A DNA stretch of 64,000 nt from Gammaproteobacteria bacterium (GCA_965221695.1 OZ244905.1:2112001-2176000); one strand, 5' to 3'; positions 20,001 through 28,965 are shown, numbered from the stretch's first letter. Translations and numbers: made by a program. The notes: generated from the letters alone by a model not told the origin.

Positions 20001-20311
20001 TCGACGCTCTGTCGGATGCGGACAATAGACGGATCAATGCGCTTCCTGCAATGATCTATCACGGCGTGAGCAGCGAGGATGCGGTGCTGATGCGCATGAA
20101 TTCCGCTCCGCGCAGCGTGGCAGAAGCACTGGGTAATTTATATCGGGAAATGACAGGCGGTAATGAAGAACGATACTCGGTGGGAGAGGCGCGAGGCTTC
20201 CTCAAGGAACTCGACACCGCCGACTGGGATAAGGTGAGACCGCAAGGCGCGCCGCTGTCGGGAACAGGATATCAGCGAGTGTGGGAGATTCTCTCAGGCG
20301 AGACGAAATGA
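17033..20311 (+). CDS. Hachiman HamB-like Ski2-type SF2 helicase
   Basis: PTSGGKT, PTRAL, TPEK, DEAH, HHAGL, TSTIAQGIN and AGRAGR motifs. Confidence 0.8.
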   Translation: MSLSSGAFESLNEHWAIDAIGSDEILRTDALVRERLAQRAVGRQISFSFTENQEDEAVLERVALAYELAAIEGIDELSRPAGENQRIRDQAVAASFRAFDIRRLHPVPMETHERLFFVLHLSALAYCGDRWSDLRRWYRDNGQSLSAPSVADTDWDQRLLYRLFDCWVRLFRKDGWDDLDQIREIIAGLRNDQKIYEERRLSNGSEAVDRAIAFRLAALYHWAKATETLAAYMLQGDNGDPFGILDKHFEAGIKAAAASRDAQHEMTLRWLHATARIMVTNSLWWATRAVNSQTSDFVRYITHRERQPMFELLPPQRVALVEQGLLDQAKTAIVIDIPTSGGKTLLAQFRILQALNQFQAEQGWVVYVTPTRALSAQITRRLRMDFEPIGLRVEQLTAAVEVDAFEEELLTNQKQPFDILVATPEKLSLVIRNKKVGRPLALVVMDEAHNLETESRGLRIELLLATVKRDCPQANFLLLMPYVEGSESVARWLAHDINAGRAISLGTVPWKPNERIIGLYRAVADDSERAGWRLDFETLTATEKAMPLHGTHRVGGVKPLKVPKSQVLIKGTQTGFGLQTAAIGAVMSARGTSITVANTIPTVWKMAEEAARSLPDLDETPADIRLAQDFLRTEISADFKLVGLLDKGVGVHHAGLSDDIRALMEWLAETGSLRMLCATSTIAQGINFPVSSVFLSSRFVPQGPMSVEVSPREFWNLAGRAGRIDHDSVGVVGLSEGKDRDALIEFVSRNTGALVSRLVVLLDRLAEQKGLAGLSDILWQDQWEDFRCYIAHLWAEKKNLDEVLADSEQLLRQTYGYTSMRNDPAQRQKAEALLDATQNYARKLAEIPEGTVELADLTGFSPEGVQAALGGINNLERKLTASDWVPESLFGNGGRLADLFGVMLKVPQLKQDLDKLAGKGVDQIRISEITNDWVNGKGLEEIARKYFSRENNDESGLDALTDACRAIYRTIVNNGTWGVSALSQVSGLDFDALSDADNRRINALPAMIYHGVSSEDAVLMRMNSAPRSVAEALGNLYREMTGGNEERYSVGEARGFLKELDTADWDKVRPQGAPLSGTGYQRVWEILSGETK

Positions 20312-20415
20312 TGGAAGGAGGAAAGCCCATTGCCAGGAAAAGTGTTGTGTTGGAAGAATTAATCTACAAATTTGACTCGGATTGAGCTGACAAAGCCCTG
20401 ATCCATACCTACCGA

Positions 20416-21114
20416 ATGACTATCAATATCAATAAATTGGTCCGTCCCATAGGTATCAAGAACGACAGAATCATCAATTTTGCGGGCTCTGCGTTTGGCT
20501 TGGAAAAGCCAGGACTGATGGTGACTGCTGCGCATATCGTAAGTGATGTGTCTTGCGATCGCATTTTTCTCGAACACGGTAGTGGCCGAAGGGGCAAATC
20601 CAACAGGTTCTGGCAGCCAATATCGGTGGTGGTCCATCCCACTGCAGATATCGCAGTCATGAATTTCGAAGCGGACAATGCTATTCCATTCTTCAAAATA
20701 GCGAAGCCACCCGACGATATCCAAGAGTTTCATTTAGGAACAGAGATCGTGTGCTATGGCTATCCGAGCCGCATTGAAGGACCCAACCTAGTCTCTCTTG
20801 AACCTCGTCTCTTGAGGGGTTACACAGAGAGACGCCTCCTGCCAAGGCAAGGATGGAGAGACAATCTCCATGAAGAGTATGAGCTGAGTTTCTCGTCACC
20901 GCAAGGTTACAGCGGTTCACCAGTTCTCTTGGTGGATGATATGACCACGGTGCTTGCGATGATAACCGGGAATTTAGGATCGGAAAAACTACTCGGCGAA
21001 TTCGAGGAGCATCTCGACAATGGTCATTTGGAAAAAACCATCCTCAAGGAAGTTGTCTCCCACGGTATGGGGCTGGCACTTTGGCCTTTCGCCGATTGGA
21101 TCAGATCACAGTAA
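20416..21114 (+). CDS. Trypsin-like serine protease without signal peptide
   Basis: Catalytic triad motifs TAAH, DIAV and GYSGSP; also YGYP. Confidence 0.8.
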   Translation: MTININKLVRPIGIKNDRIINFAGSAFGLEKPGLMVTAAHIVSDVSCDRIFLEHGSGRRGKSNRFWQPISVVVHPTADIAVMNFEADNAIPFFKIAKPPDDIQEFHLGTEIVCYGYPSRIEGPNLVSLEPRLLRGYTERRLLPRQGWRDNLHEEYELSFSSPQGYSGSPVLLVDDMTTVLAMITGNLGSEKLLGEFEEHLDNGHLEKTILKEVVSHGMGLALWPFADWIRSQ

Positions 21115-21199
21115 CGCGCAGCTCGCGACACAGTAGAAAAAGGACTGCCACTACAGTTTAAAATTGCGCCAGGATTGGGCGCAATTGCGTAAATTCAAG

Positions 21200-21496
21200 T
21201 TAACCAGAGCCTGGTGGGAAACGCCTTGACTGGCGTGTATCCGGCATACTGATTTACTCGATAGGACTCTCTCAGCTAAACCTACAGCTACCTCGATTTG
21301 TGTTACATAGATTTCATAGTGTAAGCGTTTCCGGATTTCCTCTGTTGAAGTTGTTCGAAAAAAGTTCCAAAGCTTCCATGAGATTGCTGCGCGCCTCATC
21401 CGCTGGGCGCACCCTAGCTTGCGACATCCACCTCGGGACAGAGCGCAACATGACCGTTATCTTTACGCTTAAGAATTGCTGTCCGTTTGTTTGAGC
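21200..21496 (-). pseudogene. Decayed hicB-hicA toxin-antitoxin remnant (boundaries approximate)
   Basis: Minus-strand fragments TAILKRKDNGHVALCPEVDVAS*G / EARSNLMEALELF / EEIRKRLHYEIYVTQIEVAVG are HicB-like with a stop and frameshifts, followed by RVLSSKSVCRI, which resembles a HicA N-terminus. Confidence 0.65.
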
Positions 21497-21526
21497 TATT
21501 TCAATAAGAATAAATCAGGCCTAGAC

Positions 21527-21741
21527 ATAGACAAAAAATTGTTGTATATTGCGATTAATATTTAATTTTTATGTTCTGATATCGGAGATATGTATAATTT
21601 CTGTCGCAGCCTCATGCCAAGAAAGATATCAATCGATAATTTCTTTTCGATTAGAGACAAATAGGTTCTTGATCTTGCGGTGCCCAGCAATGTGTCGGAT
21701 TTGCCCGCCTTTGGCACAAAAAAAATATCCGCAACCAGGAT
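21527..21741 (+). pseudogene. Diverged copy of the rloA upstream region and 5' end (repeat of about 23924-24141)
   Basis: MPRKISIDNFFSIRDK*VLDLAVPSNVSDLPAFG versus intact MLRKISIENFYSIKDKQVLDLAVPSNAPDLSAFG; the upstream ~85 nt also align. Confidence 0.85.
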
Positions 21742-21856
21742 GACAGGCATAAATGAATGATTTATACATTATTATCAGTTTGCTGCCACTCACCTATCAG
21801 CAAATAGGTATTATTTATTCTCAATCGCCTTGTGTAATTATTATCAGGAATACATC

Positions 21857-23743
21857 ATGAAACTAAAGTCTTTTCAAGCATGGAATTACAAAAATATAGA
21901 CGACAGCAACAAAATTACAGTCGAGCCAGACGTAACTTGTTTTGTCGGAAAAAACGAAGCCGGAAAAACAGCACTTTTTCAGGCGCTGTATCGTTTAAAT
22001 CCTGTAACTAATGCTGACTATGACGAAGTGAGGGATTACCCCAGAAAACATCTTGTACAGTATCAACGCGATGTCGGTGCAAAAAAACAATGTATTGCTA
22101 GTGTAGCCGAAGCAATTTTTGAACTAGAAGCCCAAGATATTACTTTGATTACTGATAAATTTGGAGATTGTGTGAAAACAGGAACCCTATTATCAATTAA
22201 AAAAAATTATGCAGGTGAAAAATATATATCGTTCGTTGTAGATGAAACAAAATGGGTTGATCATTATACAAACAATACCCGATTGACTGGGAATGCCGCA
22301 CAGAATGCAAAGGCCGCAGGAAGTCTTGATTCTCTCTTAAATGCTCTTCAAGAATGTGATGATGACACACAAGCTCAAGAATGCTTGAGTTATTTAAATG
22401 AGGTATCAGAAAAAGGCATCTATTTTGAAATTTGGTCAAAATGCTTAGAGCAGCATCTCCCAAAAATATTCTTCTTTGACGATTATCGAATTATGAAAGG
22501 GAAAGCAATATTGAGCGATATTGACAACTCAGAAGATGAAGGTATTGAAACCTTGAGTGATTTACTCGGCCTTGCTGGCATAACACCAGAAGAACTGGAA
22601 GATGATGCAAATTATGATCACCATAAAGCGAAACTAGAAGCCATTGCAAATGAAATCACTGATGATGTATTTCGTTACTGGAAACAAAATTCCTCTCTGG
22701 AAGTCGAATTTGACGTACACAGGTCTGATGAAAATAACTCTCAGAGGGTTTTCCATGTTCGGATCAAGAACAATAAGCATCGTGTAACCGTTCCATTTGA
22801 TGAACGGTCACGTGGGTTTGTCTGGTTCTTCTCATTTATAACTGCCTTTAAAAAATTATCTGAAGATAACGAACACATGATAATCCTACTTGATGAACCT
22901 GGGTTGAATCTTCATGCCAGTGCACAAGCCGATTTGCTGAGATTTATTGATGATGTTCTAGCACCATCCCATCAAGTATTTTATACAACCCATTCACCCT
23001 TTATGGTTGATGCCAATCAGTTAGAGCGCGTGCGAATTGTTGAGGATATCGACAGTCAGGGCGTGAAAGTATCTTCTGAATATTTGAGTGCCGATGACAA
23101 TACAGCATTCCCGTTACAGGCTGCTTTGGGATATAGCTTGGCACAGACGCTGTTTCTAGGTCCAAACTGCCTGCTAGTGGAAGGCCCCTCGGACTTGATA
23201 TACCTGAAAACCATGTCGATGATATTAGCAGAATCTGGAAAAGAATCGCTGAATGAAAAATGGGTTATTACGCCGGTTGGCGGAGCAGACAAGCTGGCTA
23301 CTTTTGTGTCATTAATTGGAGCAAATCAATTAAATATTTGTGTGCTGTTAGATGTTTCTACTCACAGCGCACAACGAATTGGAAATCTCGTAAGAAACAA
23401 ATACTTAAATCCCAATAAAATTATACAGTTAAATAAATTTGTTGATAGAAATGAAGCAGATATTGAAGATTTGTTTACTGTTGAAGAATACCTGTCATTA
23501 GTCAAAATGGCCTATCCATTTACTGCAAAAAGTCTTTCTGAAGAGAGTCTAGAAAACATGCCGCGTATTATAAAAAGAGTTGAAAAATACTTTTTTGAAA
23601 ACTTTCCACAAAACAGATTCGACCATTTTAGCCCAGTGCGAAATGGGGCAACCGAGTTGGGCAAGAATATCAACATCAGTCCTGAAACAATTGACCGCTT
23701 TGAACAGTTGTTCAAACAGATAAATTTAGGAATTACATCATAA
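21857..23743 (+). CDS. OLD-family ABC ATPase plus TOPRIM nuclease
   Basis: GKNEAGKT, LLDEPG.NLH, TTHSP, LLVEGPSD and DIEDLF motifs; AT-rich; start set at MKLKSF. Confidence 0.8.
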   Translation: MKLKSFQAWNYKNIDDSNKITVEPDVTCFVGKNEAGKTALFQALYRLNPVTNADYDEVRDYPRKHLVQYQRDVGAKKQCIASVAEAIFELEAQDITLITDKFGDCVKTGTLLSIKKNYAGEKYISFVVDETKWVDHYTNNTRLTGNAAQNAKAAGSLDSLLNALQECDDDTQAQECLSYLNEVSEKGIYFEIWSKCLEQHLPKIFFFDDYRIMKGKAILSDIDNSEDEGIETLSDLLGLAGITPEELEDDANYDHHKAKLEAIANEITDDVFRYWKQNSSLEVEFDVHRSDENNSQRVFHVRIKNNKHRVTVPFDERSRGFVWFFSFITAFKKLSEDNEHMIILLDEPGLNLHASAQADLLRFIDDVLAPSHQVFYTTHSPFMVDANQLERVRIVEDIDSQGVKVSSEYLSADDNTAFPLQAALGYSLAQTLFLGPNCLLVEGPSDLIYLKTMSMILAESGKESLNEKWVITPVGGADKLATFVSLIGANQLNICVLLDVSTHSAQRIGNLVRNKYLNPNKIIQLNKFVDRNEADIEDLFTVEEYLSLVKMAYPFTAKSLSEESLENMPRIIKRVEKYFFENFPQNRFDHFSPVRNGATELGKNINISPETIDRFEQLFKQINLGITS

Positions 23744-24010
23744 TTGACATTTCACTCCTGTACGGCGGGCGTCCAGTCAAATACCGTGCCAACTGAAGGC
23801 TTACCTCCATGAAAACGGGGGACGCCCCTTTGACCACAGGATTCCCCTTCCCCGCACTTACACCATACTGGAACTAGTTTTACGAGAATGGTACAGAGCG
23901 CAGGTTGGTTAACAAGCCTTGATATAGACAAAAAAAAGTCGTATTTGCCGATTAGTATTTAATTATATTATGCTAATATCTCGTGTAAGAATAATTTCTG
24001 TCTTAATGCC

Positions 24011-25231
24011 ATGCTAAGAAAGATATCAATCGAAAACTTCTATTCGATTAAGGACAAACAGGTTCTTGATCTTGCGGTACCTAGCAACGCACCGGATTTG
24101 TCTGCCTTTGGCATAGAAAAAGAAATATCCGCAACTCGGATTCCCAAGGTTGTTTCTATTTTTGGCGCAAATGCCTCGGGGAAAACGACCGTATTGCGTG
24201 CATTGGGGTTTATAAAGTGGTTTTTGACCCAGTCTTTTCATCTGACGCCCACAGATAAACTACCCTTGTTGCCGTTTGCCGATACTGAGGGACAGCATGG
24301 AATCTCGAGGTTTGAAGTAGAATTTGATGGTGATCTGATCGAAGGGGTAAAACCTTGCATATATCGCTACGCTTTGGAGATAAGATGCGGGCCGGGAAAC
24401 AAAAACCCGCTCGTACCAGAGTTTGGGCCGGTTGTTAAATCAGAAAGTTTATCTTTTGCGCCAGAGGGCAAATTCCGCAGGTTGTTCCATCGTACAGGGG
24501 AACAGATAAAGGACTCGCCTGAGTTTAAGGTGAAGGTAAAAGATTATCCGCTTCAAACCTTTCGGGATAATGCCAGCGTGATACCTACACTGGTTCAATA
24601 CGGCCATGTGGTCTCCGGCACCATCAATTCTATGTTGAATACAATTTTCACAAATGTATCCACGCTGCAAAAGTACGATTTCGATGAGAATACGGCTACT
24701 CAGTATTTTGCATCAAACGAAGATATCCTGGAACAATTGAATAGTAAATTAAGAATGTTGGACTTAGGCATCGAACAGGTTTCGATACGTGCGGACAAGA
24801 TTTCTGGAAACGAACTGATGCCCCATTTCAGGCATTCCGGGTTGAATGATGAACTGGCTCTGATTTTTGAATCACAAGGAACTCGAAAATTTTTTTCGCT
24901 GTTTCCCTTTATCAACTATGCGCTTAAAGAAGGAGGGTTAATGGTTCTGGATGAGATTGACAATGATATTCACCCTGTTTTGATGCCGGAGATCATAGGC
25001 TGGTTTCACGATGAACGCACCAATCCGCATAACGCGCAATTATTCATGGCCTGCCACAACGCATCTTTGCTTGACCACCTGGAGAAAGAGGAAATCTATT
25101 TCACTCAGAAAACACCAAATGGCAGAACCCAGGTGTACGGTTTAAAAGACATTGCCGGGGTCAGGAGAGTGGACAACTATTATAAAAAATACCTGGGCGG
25201 CGTGTTCGGCGCCGTGCCGAATATCGGTTGA
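24011..25231 (+). CDS. RloA/AbiLi-like AAA_21 ATPase
   Basis: GANASGKT, ESQGT, LDEID..IHP, ACHN and YLGGVFGAVP motifs. Confidence 0.85.
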   Translation: MLRKISIENFYSIKDKQVLDLAVPSNAPDLSAFGIEKEISATRIPKVVSIFGANASGKTTVLRALGFIKWFLTQSFHLTPTDKLPLLPFADTEGQHGISRFEVEFDGDLIEGVKPCIYRYALEIRCGPGNKNPLVPEFGPVVKSESLSFAPEGKFRRLFHRTGEQIKDSPEFKVKVKDYPLQTFRDNASVIPTLVQYGHVVSGTINSMLNTIFTNVSTLQKYDFDENTATQYFASNEDILEQLNSKLRMLDLGIEQVSIRADKISGNELMPHFRHSGLNDELALIFESQGTRKFFSLFPFINYALKEGGLMVLDEIDNDIHPVLMPEIIGWFHDERTNPHNAQLFMACHNASLLDHLEKEEIYFTQKTPNGRTQVYGLKDIAGVRRVDNYYKKYLGGVFGAVPNIG

Positions 25232-25243
25232 GGTTTGCTACCC

Positions 25244-25813
25244 ATGCAGGGAAGAAAGACGCGAAAAAGGATTTTCCTGGGCGTTGAGGGTCTCAGCGAA
25301 AGAAGTTACGGACAATATCTGAGGATGATTGCAGACGAGCACAATTTGCCAATACATATTGATTGTAATTATGTGACCGGAGGAGGAGACCCGTTAAAGA
25401 TTGTCGAAGAATCCATCAAGCGAATGAAACGGAATTCGAAAGCCCGCGGGGGTTACTTTGTAAAAGCCATAATGCTGGATTCGGACAAATTAGGCCAGTC
25501 TATTTATAGAGACAACAAGATAAGACCGCTGGTTGCAAAACATAACGTGAAATTGATCTATAACGAACTGAAGATTGAGGCATTTCTGTTGAGACACTTT
25601 CCCGGATGTGAGAGTAAAAGACCTCCTGCTGATGCGTCCTTTTCCGAGTTGAAAAAAGTCTGGCCAGAGTATTTCAAAAGTATTGATGCCAAGTCGATTT
25701 ATCAATCGCTGGGGGAAGATGGCCTCCTACGGGCTTGTAAGGTAGAAAAAAGTTTGAAGGATTTTCTGGTCAGTATGGGTTTTGGCGGCATCTTTCCTGA
25801 ACTGAGGAATTGA
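25244..25813 (+). CDS. RloB/AbiLii-like TOPRIM-fold protein
   Basis: IFLGVEG.SE..Y, LDSD and IEAFLLRHF motifs; directly after the RloA-like gene. Confidence 0.8.
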   Translation: MQGRKTRKRIFLGVEGLSERSYGQYLRMIADEHNLPIHIDCNYVTGGGDPLKIVEESIKRMKRNSKARGGYFVKAIMLDSDKLGQSIYRDNKIRPLVAKHNVKLIYNELKIEAFLLRHFPGCESKRPPADASFSELKKVWPEYFKSIDAKSIYQSLGEDGLLRACKVEKSLKDFLVSMGFGGIFPELRN

Positions 25814-25854
25814 ACCATTAACATCAAACAGTGTTAGCAACACACACACTACAT

Positions 25855-25883
25855 TTGTCTCGCAAGCCCAATCCGTGTATAAT
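25855..25883 (+). promoter_or_regulatory. Sigma70 promoter of rpmB-rpmG
   Basis: TTGTCT, 17 nt spacer, TATAAT. Confidence 0.7.
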
Positions 25884-25917
25884 CCGCGTCCCTTTATATT
25901 ATTTAGAGAACATTACC

Positions 25918-26154
25918 ATGTCGCGGGTTTGCCAGGTAACAGGAAAGAGGCCGATGTCGGGGAACAATGTGTCCCACGCCAACAATAAATCCAAGCGGCG
26001 CTTCCTGCCCAACCTGCATGAGCGCAAGTTCTGGGCGGAGAGTGAAAACCGCTGGGTTAAATTGCGGGTCAGCAGCAAGGGGCTGCGCATTATTGACAAG
26101 CTGGGGATTGACCAGGTGCTGGTTGATATTCGGGCGCGCGGCATAAAGGTATAG
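25918..26154 (+). CDS. rpmB: 50S ribosomal protein L28
   Basis: [33 protein letters not shown]. Confidence 0.98.
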   Translation: MSRVCQVTGKRPMSGNNVSHANNKSKRRFLPNLHERKFWAESENRWVKLRVSSKGLRIIDKLGIDQVLVDIRARGIKV

Positions 26155-26163
26155 GAGGACACG

Positions 26164-26331
26164 ATGGCTAACAGCGCGCGCGACAAGATTCGCCTGGTTT
26201 CGTCCGCCGGCACCGGACATTTCTACACCACGACAAAAAACAAGCGGAACATGCCGGACAAGATGGAGATCATGAAATTTGACCCCGTCATCCGCAAACA
26301 CGTGATCTACAAAGAAGGCAAGATCAAGTAG
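26164..26331 (+). CDS. rpmG: 50S ribosomal protein L33
   Basis: Translated by hand: [55 protein letters not shown]. Confidence 0.97.
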   Translation: MANSARDKIRLVSSAGTGHFYTTTKNKRNMPDKMEIMKFDPVIRKHVIYKEGKIK

Positions 26332-26353
26332 TACCGTATACGCCCCCGGCGCC

Positions 26354-27127
26354 ATGCTGATTGTCATTTCACCTGCGAAGACGCTGGACTTCGAGACGCA
26401 GTCCCGGACGCTGCCGTTTACCATTCCCGATTTCCTTGATGATTCGGCGGAGCTGATCGACGAGCTGCGCGCCTTCGAACCTCACCGGCTGAGTGAGCTG
26501 ATGGGCATCAGCCCGAAGCTGGCCGACCTGAACTCGAATCGCTACCACAACTGGTCGCTGCCGTTTTCCGCCGGCAACGCCAGGCAATCCGTGCTGGCCT
26601 TCAAGGGCGATGTGTATGCCGGGCTGGATGCGGGCAGCCTCAGCGCTGAGGATTTGCAGTTTGCCCAGCAACACCTGCGGATACTCTCCGGCCTGTACGG
26701 CGTCTTGAAACCGCTTGACCTGATGCAGCCTTACCGGCTGGAAATGGGCACGAAACTCAAGACCCGCCGGGGAAAAGACCTGTATGACTTCTGGGACGAC
26801 CGGATAAACCAGACCCTGAACAGGGAGCTGGCCGAGCAGGCCAGCCCGGTGCTGGTGAACCTGGCGTCCAACGAGTATTTCAATTCGGTGCGGCCGAAAC
26901 AACTGGCGGCCCGCATTATCACGCCGGGTTTCAAGGAGGAGAGGAACGGCGAATACAAATTTATCTCGTTCAGCGCCAAAAAGGCGCGCGGCCTGATGAG
27001 CCGTTATATCATCCTGAACCGCCTGTCGGACCCGGAAGACCTCAGAGGTTTCGACCTGGAAGGCTACCGTTATAACGAGTCCCTGTCCGCGGCTGACGCG
27101 CCGGTGTTCACCCGGCGTCGCAATTAG
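26354..27127 (+). CDS. yaaA: Peroxide stress protein YaaA
   Basis: [19 protein letters not shown] and NLASNEY motifs. Confidence 0.95.
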   Translation: MLIVISPAKTLDFETQSRTLPFTIPDFLDDSAELIDELRAFEPHRLSELMGISPKLADLNSNRYHNWSLPFSAGNARQSVLAFKGDVYAGLDAGSLSAEDLQFAQQHLRILSGLYGVLKPLDLMQPYRLEMGTKLKTRRGKDLYDFWDDRINQTLNRELAEQASPVLVNLASNEYFNSVRPKQLAARIITPGFKEERNGEYKFISFSAKKARGLMSRYIILNRLSDPEDLRGFDLEGYRYNESLSAADAPVFTRRRN

Positions 27128-27255
27128 GCCGGCTGTTCCATCGGGGGCGGGCTTGAAGTTCGTCCGCGCTGCCGCTACAAACCAACCCGGCTTTTGTCCC
27201 GGCCTTTTCCAATGTCTATACCATGATTTGCATTGAAGCCCACACACCGTAAACC

Positions 27256-28071
27256 ATGCCGGAACTGCCAGAGGTTGAAACGACGCGCCGGGGCATCTCT
27301 CCGCACATTGTCGACAAACCGATATCTGCTATCACCATTCGGCAACAGCAGTTACGCTGGCCGCTTCCGGCAGACCTGGAGCGGCAGCTCGTCGGCAACC
27401 GCATCACTGCGGTCGGGCGGCGTGCAAAATACCTGATTTTATATCTGGCGCATGGTTGCGTTATCCTGCACCTGGGCATGTCCGGCAGCCTGCGCATTGT
27501 TCCCGCATCGGCGCCGGCTGACAAGCACGATCATGTCGATATCATTTTCAGCGACGGCGCGTGCTTGCGCCTGCGCGATCCGCGGCGTTTCGGCTCCATC
27601 CACTGGTCTGGCGCTGACCCCTTGCAACACCCGCTGTTGTGCGACCTGGGTCCGGAGCCGCTGGAACAGGATTTCAATGCCCGGTACCTGTATGGCCTGT
27701 CCCGTCACAGGATCCGGTCGGTCAAGACATTCATCATGGACAGCCGCACCGTGGTTGGCGTCGGCAACATTTATGCCAGTGAAGCCTTGTTCCGCAGCGG
27801 CATCCATCCGCTGCGCAAGGCGGGGAACATCTCACTGGCGCGCTATCATGCATTGGTCGCTTCCATCAGAGATGTGCTCAATGCGGCGCTGGCCAAGGGC
27901 GGCACCACGTTACGGGATTTTGTCGGCGGTGACGGCGCTCCCGGTTACTTCAGACTGGAGCTGGATGTTTACGGGCGCGCAGGGGAACGCTGCAGGAACT
28001 GCACGGGCAGCATCAGGCAGATCCGCCACGGGCAGCGCTCGACGTTTTATTGCCCGCAGTGCCAACGTTGA
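27256..28071 (+). CDS. mutM: Formamidopyrimidine-DNA glycosylase
   Basis: MPELPEVE, HLGMSG and GVGNIY motifs; C-terminal zinc finger. Confidence 0.98.
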   Translation: MPELPEVETTRRGISPHIVDKPISAITIRQQQLRWPLPADLERQLVGNRITAVGRRAKYLILYLAHGCVILHLGMSGSLRIVPASAPADKHDHVDIIFSDGACLRLRDPRRFGSIHWSGADPLQHPLLCDLGPEPLEQDFNARYLYGLSRHRIRSVKTFIMDSRTVVGVGNIYASEALFRSGIHPLRKAGNISLARYHALVASIRDVLNAALAKGGTTLRDFVGGDGAPGYFRLELDVYGRAGERCRNCTGSIRQIRHGQRSTFYCPQCQR

Positions 28072-28185
28072 TAATGTTTGTTTGTGCAGGCTGGGATCGC
28101 AGGCGCCTAATCTGCCTGCGGGCGGGCGGACGCCCGAAGTATCAACGTTGATATCGTTTACTTGCGCTGGCTGGGATCGCAGGCG
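28063..28185 (+). repeat. Degenerate 43-bp direct repeat at an 80-bp period overlapping the mutM stop
   Basis: 28063-28105 versus 28143-28185 match at 37/43; both end GCTGGGATCGCAGGCG. Confidence 0.6.
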
Positions 28186-28273
28186 TCCTGCGTGTTCCAG
28201 TAGCATCGCCAGCGGACGTGCAGCGATGGGGGAGGATAATTACACTCACGTAATGTCGATTCACCCAACCTAA

Positions 28274-28424
28274 GGAAGCTCTGAACAAGTCCATCCTGGA
28301 CTTGTCAGAGCACGCAAAACAAAAATGCGATTTTTGTTTTGCTCTCAAATTCAATGACTTATCGTCATTGAATTTGGCGATACATCCCTGTATCGCAGGA
28401 AACTCTGACTTAATCAGAGTTTCC
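28274..28424. mobile_element. MITE with IS5-like ends, 151 bp
   Basis: IRs GGAAGCTCTGAACAAGTC / GGAAACTCTGATTAAGTC (15/18); CTAA on both sides (28270-28273 and 28425-28428); several internal hairpins. Confidence 0.75.
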
Positions 28425-28514
28425 CTAATTTTCTTTTGAATACGGAATGGAACCGATATAAAATTCAACCCTCTATACTCCTGTGTAACGCTCTTCAATA
28501 ACCCGGAGATAATA

Positions 28515-28745
28515 ATGGAACAAATTGCCAACGTTCATGTCGAGAAACTGCCGGAGGGGGTGTACCTGGCTACCAGTGAGGACATCCCGGGCCTGGTTGC
28601 TCAGGGACGTACCATTACCGAAACACTGGAAATCGCCCGCGACGTAGCCAAGAAACTGCTGGAAGCAAAAGCGGAACGCCGCCAACACGCCAATTTGAAA
28701 CATGCTGAAGATTCGTTCGATTACCCACTGGTTCTCGGCGCCTGA
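28515..28745 (+). CDS. hicB: HicB-like (DUF1902-type) antitoxin
   Basis: YLATSEDIPGLVAQGRTITETLEIA. Confidence 0.8.
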   Translation: MEQIANVHVEKLPEGVYLATSEDIPGLVAQGRTITETLEIARDVAKKLLEAKAERRQHANLKHAEDSFDYPLVLGA

Positions 28746-28965
28746 TGGGCCGGTTGTCAGGATTTAAATACCGGCAGGTTATCAGGAAACTGAAAAAATT
28801 GGGATTTGAGTTTGACAGGCAGGCGGCAGCCATGAGATCTGGTTCAATCCCAATACTGGCAGATATACCACCATTCCCAATCATCCGCGCGATATGCCTG
28901 AAGGGACTCTGAGAGAGATTCTCAAGCAGGCAAAGGTCGAGGTAGACTCGTTTTTGGAAGCTTGA
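28745..28965 (+). pseudogene. hicA: HicA toxin, frameshifted
   Basis: MGRLSGFKYRQVIRKLKKLGFEFDRQA, then a frame switch near 28825 to GSHEIWFNPNTGRYTTIPNHPRDMPEGTLREILKQA. Confidence 0.8.

Noticed and set aside
21857-23743. Gabija
   Set aside because: No GajB/UvrD helicase is adjacent.
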